A stretch of 62,612 nucleotides of DNA, counting the filler, from Nemertoderma westbladi (lineage: Eukaryota > Animalia > Xenacoelomorpha), in assembly GCA_032718475.1 (NCBI GenBank). It is 3 parts of 3 records of this genome, joined end to end, with 100 filler letters (N's around TTAATTAATTAA, not from the genome) between each part and the next. Parts side by side here need not be neighbours in the genome. Positions count along the whole stretch, not along the records: positions 17,718 to 47,086 come from JAUCBJ010004043.1; 2 more parts are not named here. One strand, given 5' to 3'. Positions within the stretch are counted from its first letter, which is position 1, and every line of letters begins with the position of its first letter. The position numbers and the translations under genes were made by a program. This document shows, piece by piece, positions 23,611-35,209 of this stretch. The notes under the pieces were generated by a model, which saw nothing but the letters and a program-made list of their open reading frames with translations, ran no database searches and was not told where the DNA came from.

Positions 23611-23788
23611 CTCAGACAAGTTTAACATCCTCCCAGATAAAGAGTTACGATGTCGATAATATTCAAATAATTTAATTAAATATTATCGACATCGCAAATC
23701 TTTATCTGACAGGATGTGAAACTTGTCTGAGCTGTCTAAATTTAAAAAATAGTTATTTAATAAATAACTATTTTCTAATTTACCAGCT
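23611..23788. repeat. Two abutting long hairpins (53-bp and ~29-bp arms)
   Basis: 23611-23663 pairs with 23679-23731 with 5 mismatches. The second hairpin (23730-23788) is centred on AAAATAGTTATTTA-A-TAAATAACTATTTT. Confidence 0.9.
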
Positions 23789-24688
23789 GCAGATGCGAAT
23801 TCAGCAAAATTTGTTTTGACAATATAACAGTAACACAGGGTTTGATGAATAATGAGAAATTCAAATATGTTTCGTGATTAAATATGTTATATGTTAAAAT
23901 ATTGTATTGTTCATATATGCATTTATCTTAAACGAATTTCGATTCTCTGTTTGACTGCGATCGTAGCTTTATACATTTGGTTTGGTATCGGCCAAAATAT
24001 ATGAAATAAAACAAATCTATATTTTTTTTAAAACTTCCAAATGATTTAGGCTTAGGTGACTAGTGTTAGGTTAGGAATGAGGTTTAGGTGTGATGCGAGG
24101 GCATTAATTTGTTTGCCTAAGTTGATTACCCCCAATTAAGAGTTCAGTCCCGATGAGACAAATAATCTTCACTCACTATATCCAGCTGATCGTCTGCTTC
24201 TGCTTTCCGGTAAAGCATTTCCTATTCAAGGAAATCTCAACATGTTTAAACGTCTCAAAAACTCATAATCGCACAGCGATGTAGTTTCTATAAACCTTTA
24301 ACAAAAAGTGTTTCATCAAAATAATTGACTCCGCCTAATAATATTTTATAATTATAATACATAATAAATATTAATGGCATTAACAATGGACTTGAACAAA
24401 CCAACAACCGCATTAAAACTGTAGATAATTATTTATGTGAAGCAAAATAAACTAAATAAAATTAATGAATATATCGCGATTAATGTTATTGCTAAGGCCC
24501 GGGTTAGATCACAATACAGCCTAGATGGATACGTTCACGTAGACAACTTTATAAAAGTGTCAAACGATCGCAACTTATCTAGTCCTGTTCCATTTTCATC
24601 CACCAAATTAATCTGTTTTTATTTATTGAAAATATAAATTATTCCCAAACCCATTAACCGAACACCATAGAGACGAGGGATTAGTTGG

Positions 24689-26329
24689 TTATAACTTTAT
24701 TAATTTATCGCAAATCGAGTTCCACGAACAATAATTAACGGCGATATCCCGAAGTCGTGCCCCGATAACATCCCGCGTGCTCGAATCGGCGAAGTTGCCG
24801 TTCGGATACAGATAAGTCAACGCGTCGGCGAGCTTATCGGGGAGCGAGTCGACCAGCTGGTCCGGATCCACCAACCCGTAGTCGCCGCCCGGCCGCGTGG
24901 AAACCCGCATGACGCGACCCAGAAGAGGCTCGAGTCCGTCGACGACGGAGAGCAGCTCGGACAGTCCGGAGTGGTCCACCGACAACGGAAGGACCCCGGC
25001 GGCCATCGCCTCTACGTTAACCATCGCGAAACCTTCGGAGAACTTACTGACCGTGGTCGAGACGCTGGCCAATGGGAGCAGTCGACACAGCTGGGCGTGG
25101 TTGAGACACCCGGTAACTAGGATTCTAGAACGAACGCGGTCGTCGATAGGCTTAAAATGTGACTCGATATCCAAACTGGAATCCAGGAAGGATATCCCCT
25201 CGGGGTCGCGACAATGACCCACGGCTTTAAACAAAGCGACGTCCCCCGTTACCATGGCGTCCAGTAAGACCTCGATATGTTCCCGGTAGCCACCGAAACC
25301 TACTAGAACCAATCGGAGAGTCGGCCAGCGTTCCGCCATAGACGGGAAGGCCAGTATCAGCTCGCCGACTCCCTTAGTGTTGAGGAACTTACCGAAGAAT
25401 ATGAGTAGCGGTTCCTCGGGTAGTAATGTGGGAAACCGAGTGGATAGATCGGAGTCTACAACCCGCTGGTTGTACAACGCGCCGCGCCGCACTAAATCCT
25501 CGTGGATGCTCGGAGAGGCAACCAGAAGGTCGCCGTCGATTTTGGGAAGTTCAGAGGCCTTCCTGCCGCTCCCGTCCGCGGCTACAGTCTTGTCGACTTC
25601 ATCAAGGAATACTTTGACATTATTATCGAAGCTATTAGTAATAACGAACAACTCGGGATCCAATCCCGGCGGTATTATAACCAGTTTGCTCTTTAGGTTA
25701 TCAACATGGGCTCCGAATACATTGACGACTAGGTTGTACACGTGTTTGCTACCTGCTATTATCTTATTGCAACTGTTCATCGCCTCCACAGCGTACTTAA
25801 TATACTCCGGGTTGGGTTTAATAACGAAAGTTATCGCACTGCAGTGAATCTTAATATCGAAGGGAATGTTGGTCCCGGCGAGAGCGCGACTAGCATTGAC
25901 CGGGGATAAAAGAGCGTGATTGGCTAATACTTTGTGGCAGCCCCCACTAACAGCTTTCCGTATGGCGTCCACGGTTCGTTCGATGTGCTGTTCTATCTCT
26001 TCCTCGGAGCAGTTCGGGATTGTTTTTACCCTCGGAAATCCGTCGTAAACGTCGTACACATAGACCGGAAGTAGGTCGCCTATATCCGGTACAACGACGC
26101 GAATTCTACCGTAACCAGGGTTACTTTTCGGGATGACGTCATTTGGACCGTAGTATTCGTCTACCCACAGGTAGCTGCCGGCCTGTCTGTCCTGGCAGAC
26201 TACGGTGACGGCGTGACCTTGCTTCTTCCATTCCAGAGCTACATTGTAATTATATATGTTGGAACCAGTTCCACTGACCAAATAACCGTGAACAATAACT
26301 ATATGTTTCCTATCAGATTGTGCAGACAT
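24689..26329 (-). CDS. GT-B fold, family 4 glycosyltransferase of bacterial type, no coding introns
   Basis: 546 aa with HGYLVSGTGSNIY, PDIGDLLPVYV, FFGKFLNTKGV and the E-x7-E motif SEGFAMVNVEAMAAG. Confidence 0.9.
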   Translation of the reverse strand: MSAQSDRKHIVIVHGYLVSGTGSNIYNYNVALEWKKQGHAVTVVCQDRQAGSYLWVDEYYGPNDVIPKSNPGYGRIRVVVPDIGDLLPVYVYDVYDGFPRVKTIPNCSEEEIEQHIERTVDAIRKAVSGGCHKVLANHALLSPVNASRALAGTNIPFDIKIHCSAITFVIKPNPEYIKYAVEAMNSCNKIIAGSKHVYNLVVNVFGAHVDNLKSKLVIIPPGLDPELFVITNSFDNNVKVFLDEVDKTVAADGSGRKASELPKIDGDLLVASPSIHEDLVRRGALYNQRVVDSDLSTRFPTLLPEEPLLIFFGKFLNTKGVGELILAFPSMAERWPTLRLVLVGFGGYREHIEVLLDAMVTGDVALFKAVGHCRDPEGISFLDSSLDIESHFKPIDDRVRSRILVTGCLNHAQLCRLLPLASVSTTVSKFSEGFAMVNVEAMAAGVLPLSVDHSGLSELLSVVDGLEPLLGRVMRVSTRPGGDYGLVDPDQLVDSLPDKLADALTYLYPNGNFADSSTRDVIGARLRDIAVNYCSWNSICDKLIKL

Positions 26330-27627
26330 TACGAATTTAATTCTGTAATTCGTTTAAAAGTGTCAGTGTCATAAAAAGATTAATGAAATAATATAATATC
26401 TTACTATCCACCGGTAGGCAGGTAGGCCACAGATTTAACAAGTACAACTGCAAACTGAACTACGTCTCACCTGTAAACTCTAACTCGCAGTCTAACAATA
26501 GTAGTATTGCTGTGCAAATGTCTGGGATGTAAACTATGATGTAGTCGTGGTCCACGTAGATACGCTGTCTGCTCTGCAGGCCTACAACTTCAAACACAAG
26601 CTGTTAATTGCCCGTAACAATAATAAACAATAATACAGCTACAACAAATCCACTGATTTAAAAAATTAGGCCTATGGCGTCTACTATAGTACGCCATGAT
26701 GGGATGAGATAGCAGCAATGTTTCATGCACCAGACGCCAGAGTGAAGGAAGTAACAAACAGTGAGTCTATCACTATCAGGAGTCGATTGGAAATATTAAT
26801 TAATAAATAGATATCTACTCCCCTGCGAACCACGTATGTTGTTTGTGTCTGGGCAAGTTATAGCCTATAGAAACATGTTAGTCAGATATTTTATGGGTTG
26901 GGACGACGGTGCACAAAGATAGCAGCTTTTACTTCCAGTTTACATTTGACAGTTCAGTAATTTGATAGGAGGTACCCGCACCGGTAATTAGTTTCAATTT
27001 CTCTCAAACGATACCGTTACATCTACAACGTATTGTTTAGATTCATTTTCGTGAATGGATTTTTGCATACCGGTAGGGCTAGTTGCCTTTTTATTGTAAT
27101 GTTTTTACATGTGTGAAGAAACACGTTGTGGGGTCTTCGAGCAGCACGTGTTCAAATGTTCAATGACTGAGCAGCGACTAATTAACAAATTTATGAGAGA
27201 TTCATTGACCAGCTACCGACAGACCAATATTGTGACATATATTTTAGTTTAATGTTTGATTCAATTAGAGGCACAAATTAAAAAGGCTACAAATATATAG
27301 GGGTGAATAATTAAATTAGTCACCCATTTAGGCCTAAAAGGTAGCCAAATATAAGTTGCAATCTATATAAATTTTTGAATTCAGTAGTGTGGGTGTGTTG
27401 TGTATTGATTCCGTAGATTTCATGTTGAAATAGCGTTCATTAATTTAATTTCTATTTAATGATTCATGCATACTAATACACACATTAAATTAGTTCGCGT
27501 GTGTTAAGTGTGTAAGATTTGATTGTTTCGTCACGAAACCATTAGGGCACAGAAACTGACGGATTCTTCGCGAATTTCGCAAACGTCGCAAACTTCGGGA
27601 ATTTGTTCTACAATTTTGACTCCTTAA

Positions 27628-28002
27628 GCAAAAGGGTCCCGAATGAGTTTTTTAACCTTTATTTTTTGTGATTTTGAGTGCTTTTTTTATACTAGTGAAT
27701 ATTCTAGAACCTTAGTAGATTTTTAATGGTATATAGCTAGTATTTTTTACTAGCTAGTAATTTTTGGAAATTATTTTGGTCATTAATATATTCTTCAACA
27801 GTTTAACCTGAAATATCATGGACTTTCACATTTTTTATAATTTCAAAAAATACTAGCGAGCAAAAAAACACTAGCTATCATAAAAAACATATCTACTAAT
27901 GTTGTAGAACTTTCACCAATACCAAAAAAATTTAAAAACTCTAAAAAAGGATTGGTGAAAAATGGCTGGGGTGTCGACAGGGCGAAGTAGGGACCGTGTT
28001 GC
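27628..28002. mobile_element. TTAA-flanked MITE (Kolobok- or piggyBac-type target site)
   Basis: TTAA at 27624-27627 and 28003-28006; TIR GCAAAAGGGTCCC / GGGACCGTGTTGC; long degenerate internal inverted arms. Confidence 0.75.
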
Positions 28003-28006
28003 TTAA

Positions 28007-28075
28007 CCCCTTAGAGCCTATGACGTCCACTGCACGTCACAATGGACAGCACGAAGACGTGCAGTGAACGTCATG
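28007..28075 (+). mobile_element. piggyBac-like left end sharing the TTAA of the preceding MITE
   Basis: TTAA-CCCCTT followed by the hairpin ATGACGTCCACTGCACGTC...GACGTGCAGTGAACGTCAT. Confidence 0.5.
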
Positions 28076-28249
28076 CTGGAATACATGTTTTATTGGAAGG
28101 CTCTTGGAGTAGGTATACTGGTGGATAGTATTAATGACATTTATTGCTCTTCGTGGCAAAAAATCCATTCTGTACTGTAGATAGGCTGTATTGTAGACTG
28201 TATTATTAGTGTTAGGTATATGGCGTAATGCCAACCACAGTACAGTAGT

Positions 28250-28650
28250 ACAGACTGGCAGTAAGACCGACAGACAGACAGACTAGATTTATGTAAACGT
28301 GTAAACTGACATCAAAAATGAAATCAGCAACCCTTAAAACCACCATAGCGAGAATGTTGGTTAGTTAGTATACTTTCTTAAGTTTTCACAGACTGACTGA
28401 CAGAAAGACCGACAGCCAGACAGACTAGATTTTTTTAAACGTGAAAACTGACATCTGAAATAAAATTAGCACCCATTAAAACCCCCATAACGAGAATGTT
28501 AGTTAGTTTGTATTATTTTTTAAGTTTTGACAGACTGACTGACTGACAGAAAGACCGACATACAGACAGACTAGATTTATGTAAACGTGAAAACTGACAT
28601 CAGAAATGTAATCAGCACTCCTTAAAACCCCCATAGTGAGAATGTTAGCG
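28250..28650. repeat. Three ~145-bp tandem units with (GACA)n, Helitron/HINE-like
   Basis: AAGACCGACAG..CTAGATTT..AAACTGACATC..AAACCCCCATA recurs at ~28263, 28405 and 28551. Confidence 0.75.
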
Positions 28651-29390
28651 ACAAGTTTTAATTATTAACCATATTTCGTAAGATATATTTTAAAACATTT
28701 ATTTATTAATAATGCAATAACTGAATAACCAGATAACGGAACGACAAACCGAATTGAAACTTTTAATTACTAATAATAATTGTGGTGAGAGGTGATGGAA
28801 ATCAAGGATATATGTTGTTATGTTATGGAGCACGCGTTGGTAGGCACAGGCAATGAATTGATGTCTGTTGAGATGTATTGAAGGAGCACTATTCCTTCAT
28901 TAGTAATAATATTAATGTCATTGAATAACTGATACCTAAACACACACACACACCCCCGTCAGCCAGTTCTATGGAGAGTGAGTGAATGTTTAGGGAATTA
29001 ATGCTATCCTACCATCCCCAACCAGCAGCAGTCTGCCTCTAACAGGCCAGGACATTCTCAGCGTTGCTAAGACACGGGAAGGAATTACTCCGTATTGACT
29101 GTCATTAAGCGGTTAGAGCCTGCAGTGTGAATTAATTGATAAAAATGCAATTTTAATTGTAAATCAATAAATAACTATAAAACTTGACATTAATCTCGAG
29201 TATAAAGTAAAGACTTTGATAGAATGGGACACGGCGAATCTACCCATGTTAATTTTATACCAGATGGGATAAATGTTACCCCCATAAATAATTAATTACC
29301 GATAGAAGAATCGAAATAATTCGATTCAACCATACAATTTAACTGAAGATATTAACTTCGATTATGGCTTCCGACATTTATGGCTACCGA

Positions 29391-29497
29391 CACACACACA
29401 CACACACACACACACGTCACACACAGACTTTTGAGAAACGGCCATAGTATAATTATATCAGTTCGCTGATGGCTCGCCATACGTGTCTCGCCCCACA
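29391..29497 (+). repeat. (CA)n microsatellite followed by the dispersed terminus motif
   Basis: CA tract, then GGCTCGCC..GTCTCGCCCCACA. Confidence 0.7.
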
Positions 29498-30174
29498 TTA
29501 ATGATATAATGAATATTTGCACTTGTGTCAAATAGACGATTTACGATTTGCCTCCCAATCTGCTAATCCTGAAATCACCTAAACAGAAGTCACTAGTGCC
29601 CGGTTAGTAAAGGAGCAGGTTACAGAGGCGAGTTGAAAGGAACCAAAAAAATAAACGAGAGTTAGGAATATTGTTATCCCCTGCTAAATTTCAGGATTAG
29701 CAGATTAGGAGGGTCCCCTATTTTACACAAGTGCCGAATATTTATATTTGCTTTGTTATTAATAGGCGATATCATAAATACAAGCACCCACCATCCACCA
29801 ACTATATAATTACCTGATGTTTCTATATAGTGATATAACCTCACTTTAAATATATAGACACAAACGCACTTAAAGAATTAATATTTTCCCAGCACATTTG
29901 GAATGATCCAATTTATTGCAGCTTTAATGTTATAAGTTCAAATATGATTTACTTAATTCCCAATAATGCAACTTTTAACCATTACGTTAGAGTTTCCCCG
30001 CACGTGGACACTATTCATATATTTGAATAAATATTACTATGTATTAAAAGTTCCTAGTTAAAAAAAGTATTTGATTAATATTAATATAAAAATATTGTCC
30101 TCCTCCCCAAACCAATTCATAAATACTAAATATAAATAAGGACGATTTATAGGATACATCAATACTATATCCAG

Positions 30175-32046
30175 TTATCGATCTTCCACAGTATCGGTAA
30201 CAGTATCCGAATCATTATCAGCAACAGTATCATAAGTATTCTCGCTAAGATTAATCGTATCAGAAACATTCTCAGTAACAGTATCTGAACTGTTCTCAAT
30301 AACAGCGTCATAAACATTTCCCTTAGCAGTATCAGAAACATTATCAGTAACTTTCACATCCTCAGTAATTATCCCACCGCCCACTCGACTAACATCGTCG
30401 GTCCCGGAATCCGGTTGTATTTCCGAGCTATTCACCGTAGATTCCGAACCGATGGTAAACGACTCAGTAACCAGTGGTAACAACGTCGGTTCAACAGGCA
30501 ACAGATGCTCTATAACTCGACCTATAGTAGATTTACTAGACTCGAGATTCGAGTTTACGAAACTATCCACCTCGGTGGAAGAGAAGACGAGTCGGTAGCA
30601 GTTAAAGAGGAACTCGATAGTTTCTACGTAGAAACAGCGGATTAGTCGGGAGAAGGCGGACTCCTCTGCGGATGTTAGACCCTCCTTCTCTAGGTTATGG
30701 AACTCGTTAAGTCGATGAGCCGAAGCGACTAACGATGTCTCGAGTCGTCGGTAGACCAAGGCGTGGACGCCGATGGGAGCGCAGAGACGCAGAGAGTTGA
30801 AAGCGTTGAGGAGTCCGTTGATGTAGGAAGCGAGTGGGAGGAAACTGAGCGCGTCTACGGGTGGGAGGAGTTCACCGGAGGGCGGCAGAACAGCCGGACG
30901 GAGGCTCTCCATCAAGGAATAGTTCTCCATAGAGTTCGTAAACTCAGAGTCGACGGAGTCGATATCGGAGGCGACGGAGTTGTAAACAGCGCGAATAAAC
31001 ACCGGGACCATTAAAGCTCGGAAGTCTAGTCCGACACGACCGAAAGATAAACCGAAGTACATCGCCTGGCCGAGGAGAGCCTCCATCTTAGTGCCGACGG
31101 TTCCGGTAGACAGATCGGTCTCGAGGGTAGCGAGGAACCGTTGGATTTGGGTTCCCATCCAGGAGACGAAGAGACATCGGTCGTTGGGCGCGTCCGAGTC
31201 GTCCGAGAACACCGCTTTATATTGAGTTACGACGTCGAATAGGTGAGTTCGAGTGGCGTCAATAGTTCGGGATAGATGCGTGTAGGGTTGATCGCGTGGG
31301 ATCGAGTCGAGAAGGGAAGAGAACCACAGGTTCCGAGAGTGTAGGAACTGTAGACGCAGTTGAGACTCGTTCAGTAAGTTCATTCTCCTTAGGTAACTTA
31401 CGATTTTCAGACAGGTCGGTAATTGCAGGTTGCTCTGTAGTTGGGCGATCAGCTGGGCGTGCATGGAGGAGTGATGGCGTTCCACTTCCGATAGAATCCC
31501 CTCCAGTATCGGGAATCCGGGGTGTTTTCTCGCGGTGTGGCGGATGTGGTCGGTTAAGTCCAACGCTTCGTCGAAATATCCGTTGCGGACGCAGGTTTCC
31601 GTTATTTGCGGCACTTCCAAAAGCTCCAGGAGCTGCTGATGTTTGGCGAGTGTCAGCGAGTTTGAACGTCTGTTCCTAGCAATTAACTTCGAGTTTGTTT
31701 TGAATTGATGACACGATGACTCAAGGTCTGGAAGTGTGTTGATTATGTCGTCAACTACCCCCCTGACAGTACCGAAATCGCCACAAACTCTTCGCGAACA
31801 GTCAGCCGTTTTTATAAAAGTTTTATAGTTTTTAAAAGCCAAATCTTGTGTCTTTTCGGTGATGTAGCGCTTTTCATTTTCTAGCTGGGTCGGCTCTCGA
31901 GATATTTGACCGATACTGTAGTTGCTTAATTCCGCGAGATATTCATTAAATTCTGCGTCATATTTCCAGCTGTCTGGGAAAGCGTCGCCGAACAGTTCAT
32001 GTAACGGCGACGATATAACGGGGTTCTTATCTTCAACGTTTTCCAT
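30175..32046 (-). CDS. COG8: Conserved oligomeric Golgi complex subunit 8 (Dor1 family), no coding introns
   Basis: Motifs TQDLAFKNYKTFIKTADCS, LLELLEVPQ..TCVRNG, LQLPTCLKIVSYLRRM, HLFDVVTQYKAVF and MYFGLSFGRVGLDFR. First in-frame ATG is at 32046; the frame is open from 32115. Confidence 0.95.
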   Translation of the reverse strand: MENVEDKNPVISSPLHELFGDAFPDSWKYDAEFNEYLAELSNYSIGQISREPTQLENEKRYITEKTQDLAFKNYKTFIKTADCSRRVCGDFGTVRGVVDDIINTLPDLESSCHQFKTNSKLIARNRRSNSLTLAKHQQLLELLEVPQITETCVRNGYFDEALDLTDHIRHTARKHPGFPILEGILSEVERHHSSMHAQLIAQLQSNLQLPTCLKIVSYLRRMNLLNESQLRLQFLHSRNLWFSSLLDSIPRDQPYTHLSRTIDATRTHLFDVVTQYKAVFSDDSDAPNDRCLFVSWMGTQIQRFLATLETDLSTGTVGTKMEALLGQAMYFGLSFGRVGLDFRALMVPVFIRAVYNSVASDIDSVDSEFTNSMENYSLMESLRPAVLPPSGELLPPVDALSFLPLASYINGLLNAFNSLRLCAPIGVHALVYRRLETSLVASAHRLNEFHNLEKEGLTSAEESAFSRLIRCFYVETIEFLFNCYRLVFSSTEVDSFVNSNLESSKSTIGRVIEHLLPVEPTLLPLVTESFTIGSESTVNSSEIQPDSGTDDVSRVGGGIITEDVKVTDNVSDTAKGNVYDAVIENSSDTVTENVSDTINLSENTYDTVADNDSDTVTDTVEDR

Positions 32047-32532
32047 ATCTGTTACTCTGTTAGTATCAGCGTGCAGCCAGCCATTACCGTTAGGTTGATT
32101 ATTCGCAGTGAACAAAATATATATGTTCAGACTGTCAGACTGTCAGATGTTTGTTCAATAAAAGCTGGGCTTAAATTTTGTATTATTACAGATTTGACAC
32201 TGCTGCACTCGCACTGCCTGAATTCCTAAATAAACGCAATAATTTTTATTGTCCGTTTAAATCCTTTTTTTGTCCTTTTTTTTTATTTTTTATGTCCTCC
32301 AAAAATCTAATGTTAGGTTCCATGCTACCGGTTTCTCTACTGCTGTTCTCTCAGGCTATCAGTACCGGTATTAGTATAATATATAGCACTATTTTGCTGT
32401 ATTGTATGTGCAGATGTAGGTATAAAGCAGGCATTTCTGTATTTTAGTACCGGTACCGGCACCGGTACTGCTGTAGGCCTACTGTGTAGCCTACCATTTA
32501 AATACGGTACTGGTAGGCCTACCGGCTGACCG

Positions 32533-33140
32533 GTTGTTTTGGTTAGAAAATCCCGCCTCATCTGTAACCTGCTCCTTTGCCTGATTTGGTAAAGTGACCG
32601 CTTATTGTTTTGGTTAGAAAGGCCCGCCTCTGTAACCTGCTCCTTTCCTTCATTTTGTAAAGTGACTGTTTATTGTTTTGGTTAGAAAATCCAGCCTCTG
32701 TAACCTGCCCCTTTCCCTCAATTAATTAAGTGATCGTTTATTGTTTTGGTTAGGAAATCCCGCCTCTGTAACCTGCTCCTTTCTCTCAATTGGTAATGTT
32801 ATCGTTTATTGTTTTGGTTAGAAAATCCCGTCTCTGTAACCTGCTCCTTTCCCTGATTTGGTAAAGTGACTGTTTATTGTTTTGGTTAGAAAATCCCGCA
32901 TCTGTAACCTGCTCCTTTCTCTCAATTGCTAATGTTATCGTTTATTGTTTTGGTTAGAAAATCCCGTCTCTGTAACCTGCTCCTTTCCCTCAATTAGTTA
33001 AATGATCGTTTATTGTTTTGGTTAGAAAATCCCGCCTCTGTAACCTGCTCCTTTCCCTGATTTGTTAAAGTGACTGTTTATTGTTTTGGTTAGAAAATCC
33101 GGCCTTAACCTGCTCCTTTCCATCAATTGGTAATTGTTTT
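32533..33140. repeat. 68-bp tandem array (~9 copies) of a TE-internal motif
   Basis: Unit TTTATTGTTTTGGTTAGAAAATCCCGCCTCTGTAACCTGCTCCTTT...; the core also occurs at ~18500, 20550, 29600, 35080 and 40680-41100. Confidence 0.9.
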
Positions 33141-33744
33141 TGGCTATAAAATGAGTGTTTGGATACGTCATGTGGTAATCGATTATCGACAACAACCACA
33201 AACTATTAAATTTAGAGTCTTTTACCACAGGCGTATATGGAATTCTATCCCATAGTCTATAAATCATGGAATCATGGAATGTTTTGGCACAGGCATAGTG
33301 AAACCAACTGTCCGACAGACCAGAAATCAACAAATTTTGAATGTTTTGGCATAGGCATGTTGAAATCAAGTCTGACAGTCCAGAAATCAGCAAGTCTCAC
33401 AGTTTGAAGAAATACATACATAAAAAGTCATTAAAAGGACAATAAAAGTCATTAAAAGGACAACAAAAGTCATTATGCACAATTCGTAAAAAAAGGAGGA
33501 CAAAAAAAGTCAAATAAAAGGACATAAAAAATCACTGCCTAATAATAGCTCATGAGAAGCTAGTAAGCTTATTCAAACTGTTTAGGGTAGGGAAAAAATC
33601 TGAATGTATAATATTGTGAAAATAATCTGAAATTATAGCCTAACAGGTGTCGTCCGCGCTGGTCTCAACACCCAAAGGCCCCGCCCCCCGACTCCAGTCA
33701 TCGACAGCTGTCACACGTGGCCAAGTCGCCTGGTCAAACGCCTA

Positions 33745-33960
33745 TGTGGGGCGAGCCACGAAGTGAGAGAGCCTTAGCGTAGTGGTACCATTAATCAACC
33801 TGTGGGGCGAGCCACGAAGTGAGTGAGCCTTAGCGTAGTGGTACCATTAATCAACCTGTCGTTCTGTCGCGTTTTTTTTCAGTATTTTATTTTAAACGTT
33901 AATAACTCGGCCAATCCTTGATGAAATCTATCCAAACTTGGTACACATGTTGTTTGGCAA
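33745..33960. mobile_element. Dispersed Helitron/HINE-like repeat with tandemly duplicated 57-bp terminus
   Basis: TGTGGGGCGAGCCACGAAGTGAG..GTACCATTAATCAACC occurs twice, followed by an AATAACTC..AAACTTGGTACAC core (reverse copy at ~35545-35605). Confidence 0.55.
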
Positions 33961-34189
33961 AAGTTTGAAAATTTTCCAAGTAGAATTTGCGTGGGGCCTT
34001 CGTGCAGCATCAGTGTAACTGTTATTGTAGTTATAATATATTTATTTATCCAAAATTAACATGCGTTAAATTATTATTACTGTAGGATAAATCAGCTGGT
34101 TTTCTGACAAATTTTCCAAAACCTGGGGTTAGGAATAATCCATTTGTTTTAGCATTGAACTGTTGAATCCCCTTATTTATTATAAAACC

Positions 34190-34800
34190 ATTGGAAATAT
34201 TCGCAAATGCCGCTCCATTACTGTCTGAAACGCTCCCGACAGTCCGATGTATCTGGACCCGAGCAGCCGAGGTTCAAGAGGTGATTAACGGGGGAATACT
34301 ACGGAATTGCTTGTTTGTCAGTACGATTCTATTTGGGTAGCCTATTTACTACACTCAGACACTGGGAATACGGCGGTCGGTCAGATCGTAATGCGGGCCA
34401 CTGCCAAGTTCATCATGCCTCACTCCGGTCACCCACCTTGGAGTGCGGTGGGAAGAGTCCCACTTACTGACTTACGTCGATGACTGGACGAATCGACGAG
34501 GATTGCGATCTGGGTTTAGCCGCGGCCCGGATCCTGGGATCGCCTGGGGGAAATGGTTGAACGTTGGGCAGACATTATCGCACTGGATTACGTTCTCTGT
34601 GACGCGAAAGTGTGAAGCGAATTCGTTGTCGAATTGGGTCGGAAGCTGCGGGAATTCTACTGTTCTACGGGAGTAAACCGCAGCGGTCTGGTGACTACGG
34701 ACGGATACTACTGGGATAAGCAGGTATTTCGATCGAGTTTCTCGTATTCTCGATGCTCGAGGCGGATAGAGAGTTGGTTGTGTTGGGCGGTGTTGTTCAA
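34190..34800 (+). pseudogene. ALDH3: Aldehyde dehydrogenase family 3 pseudogene fragment (not in the ORF track)
   Basis: Across frames: LPMYLD, VINGG, TTELL, YTGNTAVGQIVMRA, LECGGKSPTYVD, EDCDL..AARIAWG, KWLNVGQT, DYVLC, LREFYG and DYGRI, in ALDH3 order. Confidence 0.88.
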
Positions 34801-34944
34801 TTCTATCAAACATATTAAATAATTGGTAAAATAATAAAAACACACCAGATAAAGATACTGAGCTTATGGTAAAGAGATAGGCCGAACTTACAATTTCCAA
34901 ATAGATTGTTCATATAATAAATATACTTTTGGTATTTGATTTCA

Positions 34945-35209
34945 AGATAGGGGGGGGGGGGGGGGGGGGGGGGAACTGGACGCAATAAAAATTCATCCCT
35001 CTCCAGGGGAAATTGGACGCAAATAACAACAGCTGATTACTCTCAAAAATAAAACTGTAACCTGTTCTATTGTGTTTACTTTATTGTTTTGGTTAAAATA
35101 ACGTGCCACTGTAATCTGCTCCTTTCCCAAAATTTAGAAATTAATATTGAGGCGGGATATTAATTCGCCAAGATGGGATTTGCGTCCAGTCCCACCCCCC
35201 TCCTATCTC
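34945..35209. mobile_element. MULE-like MITE with 9-bp TSD
   Basis: TIR AGATAG-polyG-AACTGGACGCAA / TTGCGTCCAGT-polyC-TCCTATCTC; TSD TTGATTTCA at 34936-34944 and 35210-35218. Confidence 0.85.

Noticed and set aside
24897-31679. Antisense ORFs overlapping the GT and COG8 genes
   Set aside because: Shadow frames of GC-richer coding sequence with no recognisable motifs.
34472-34900. Minus-strand 142-aa ORF
   Set aside because: It is antisense to the ALDH3 pseudogene, which explains the sequence.
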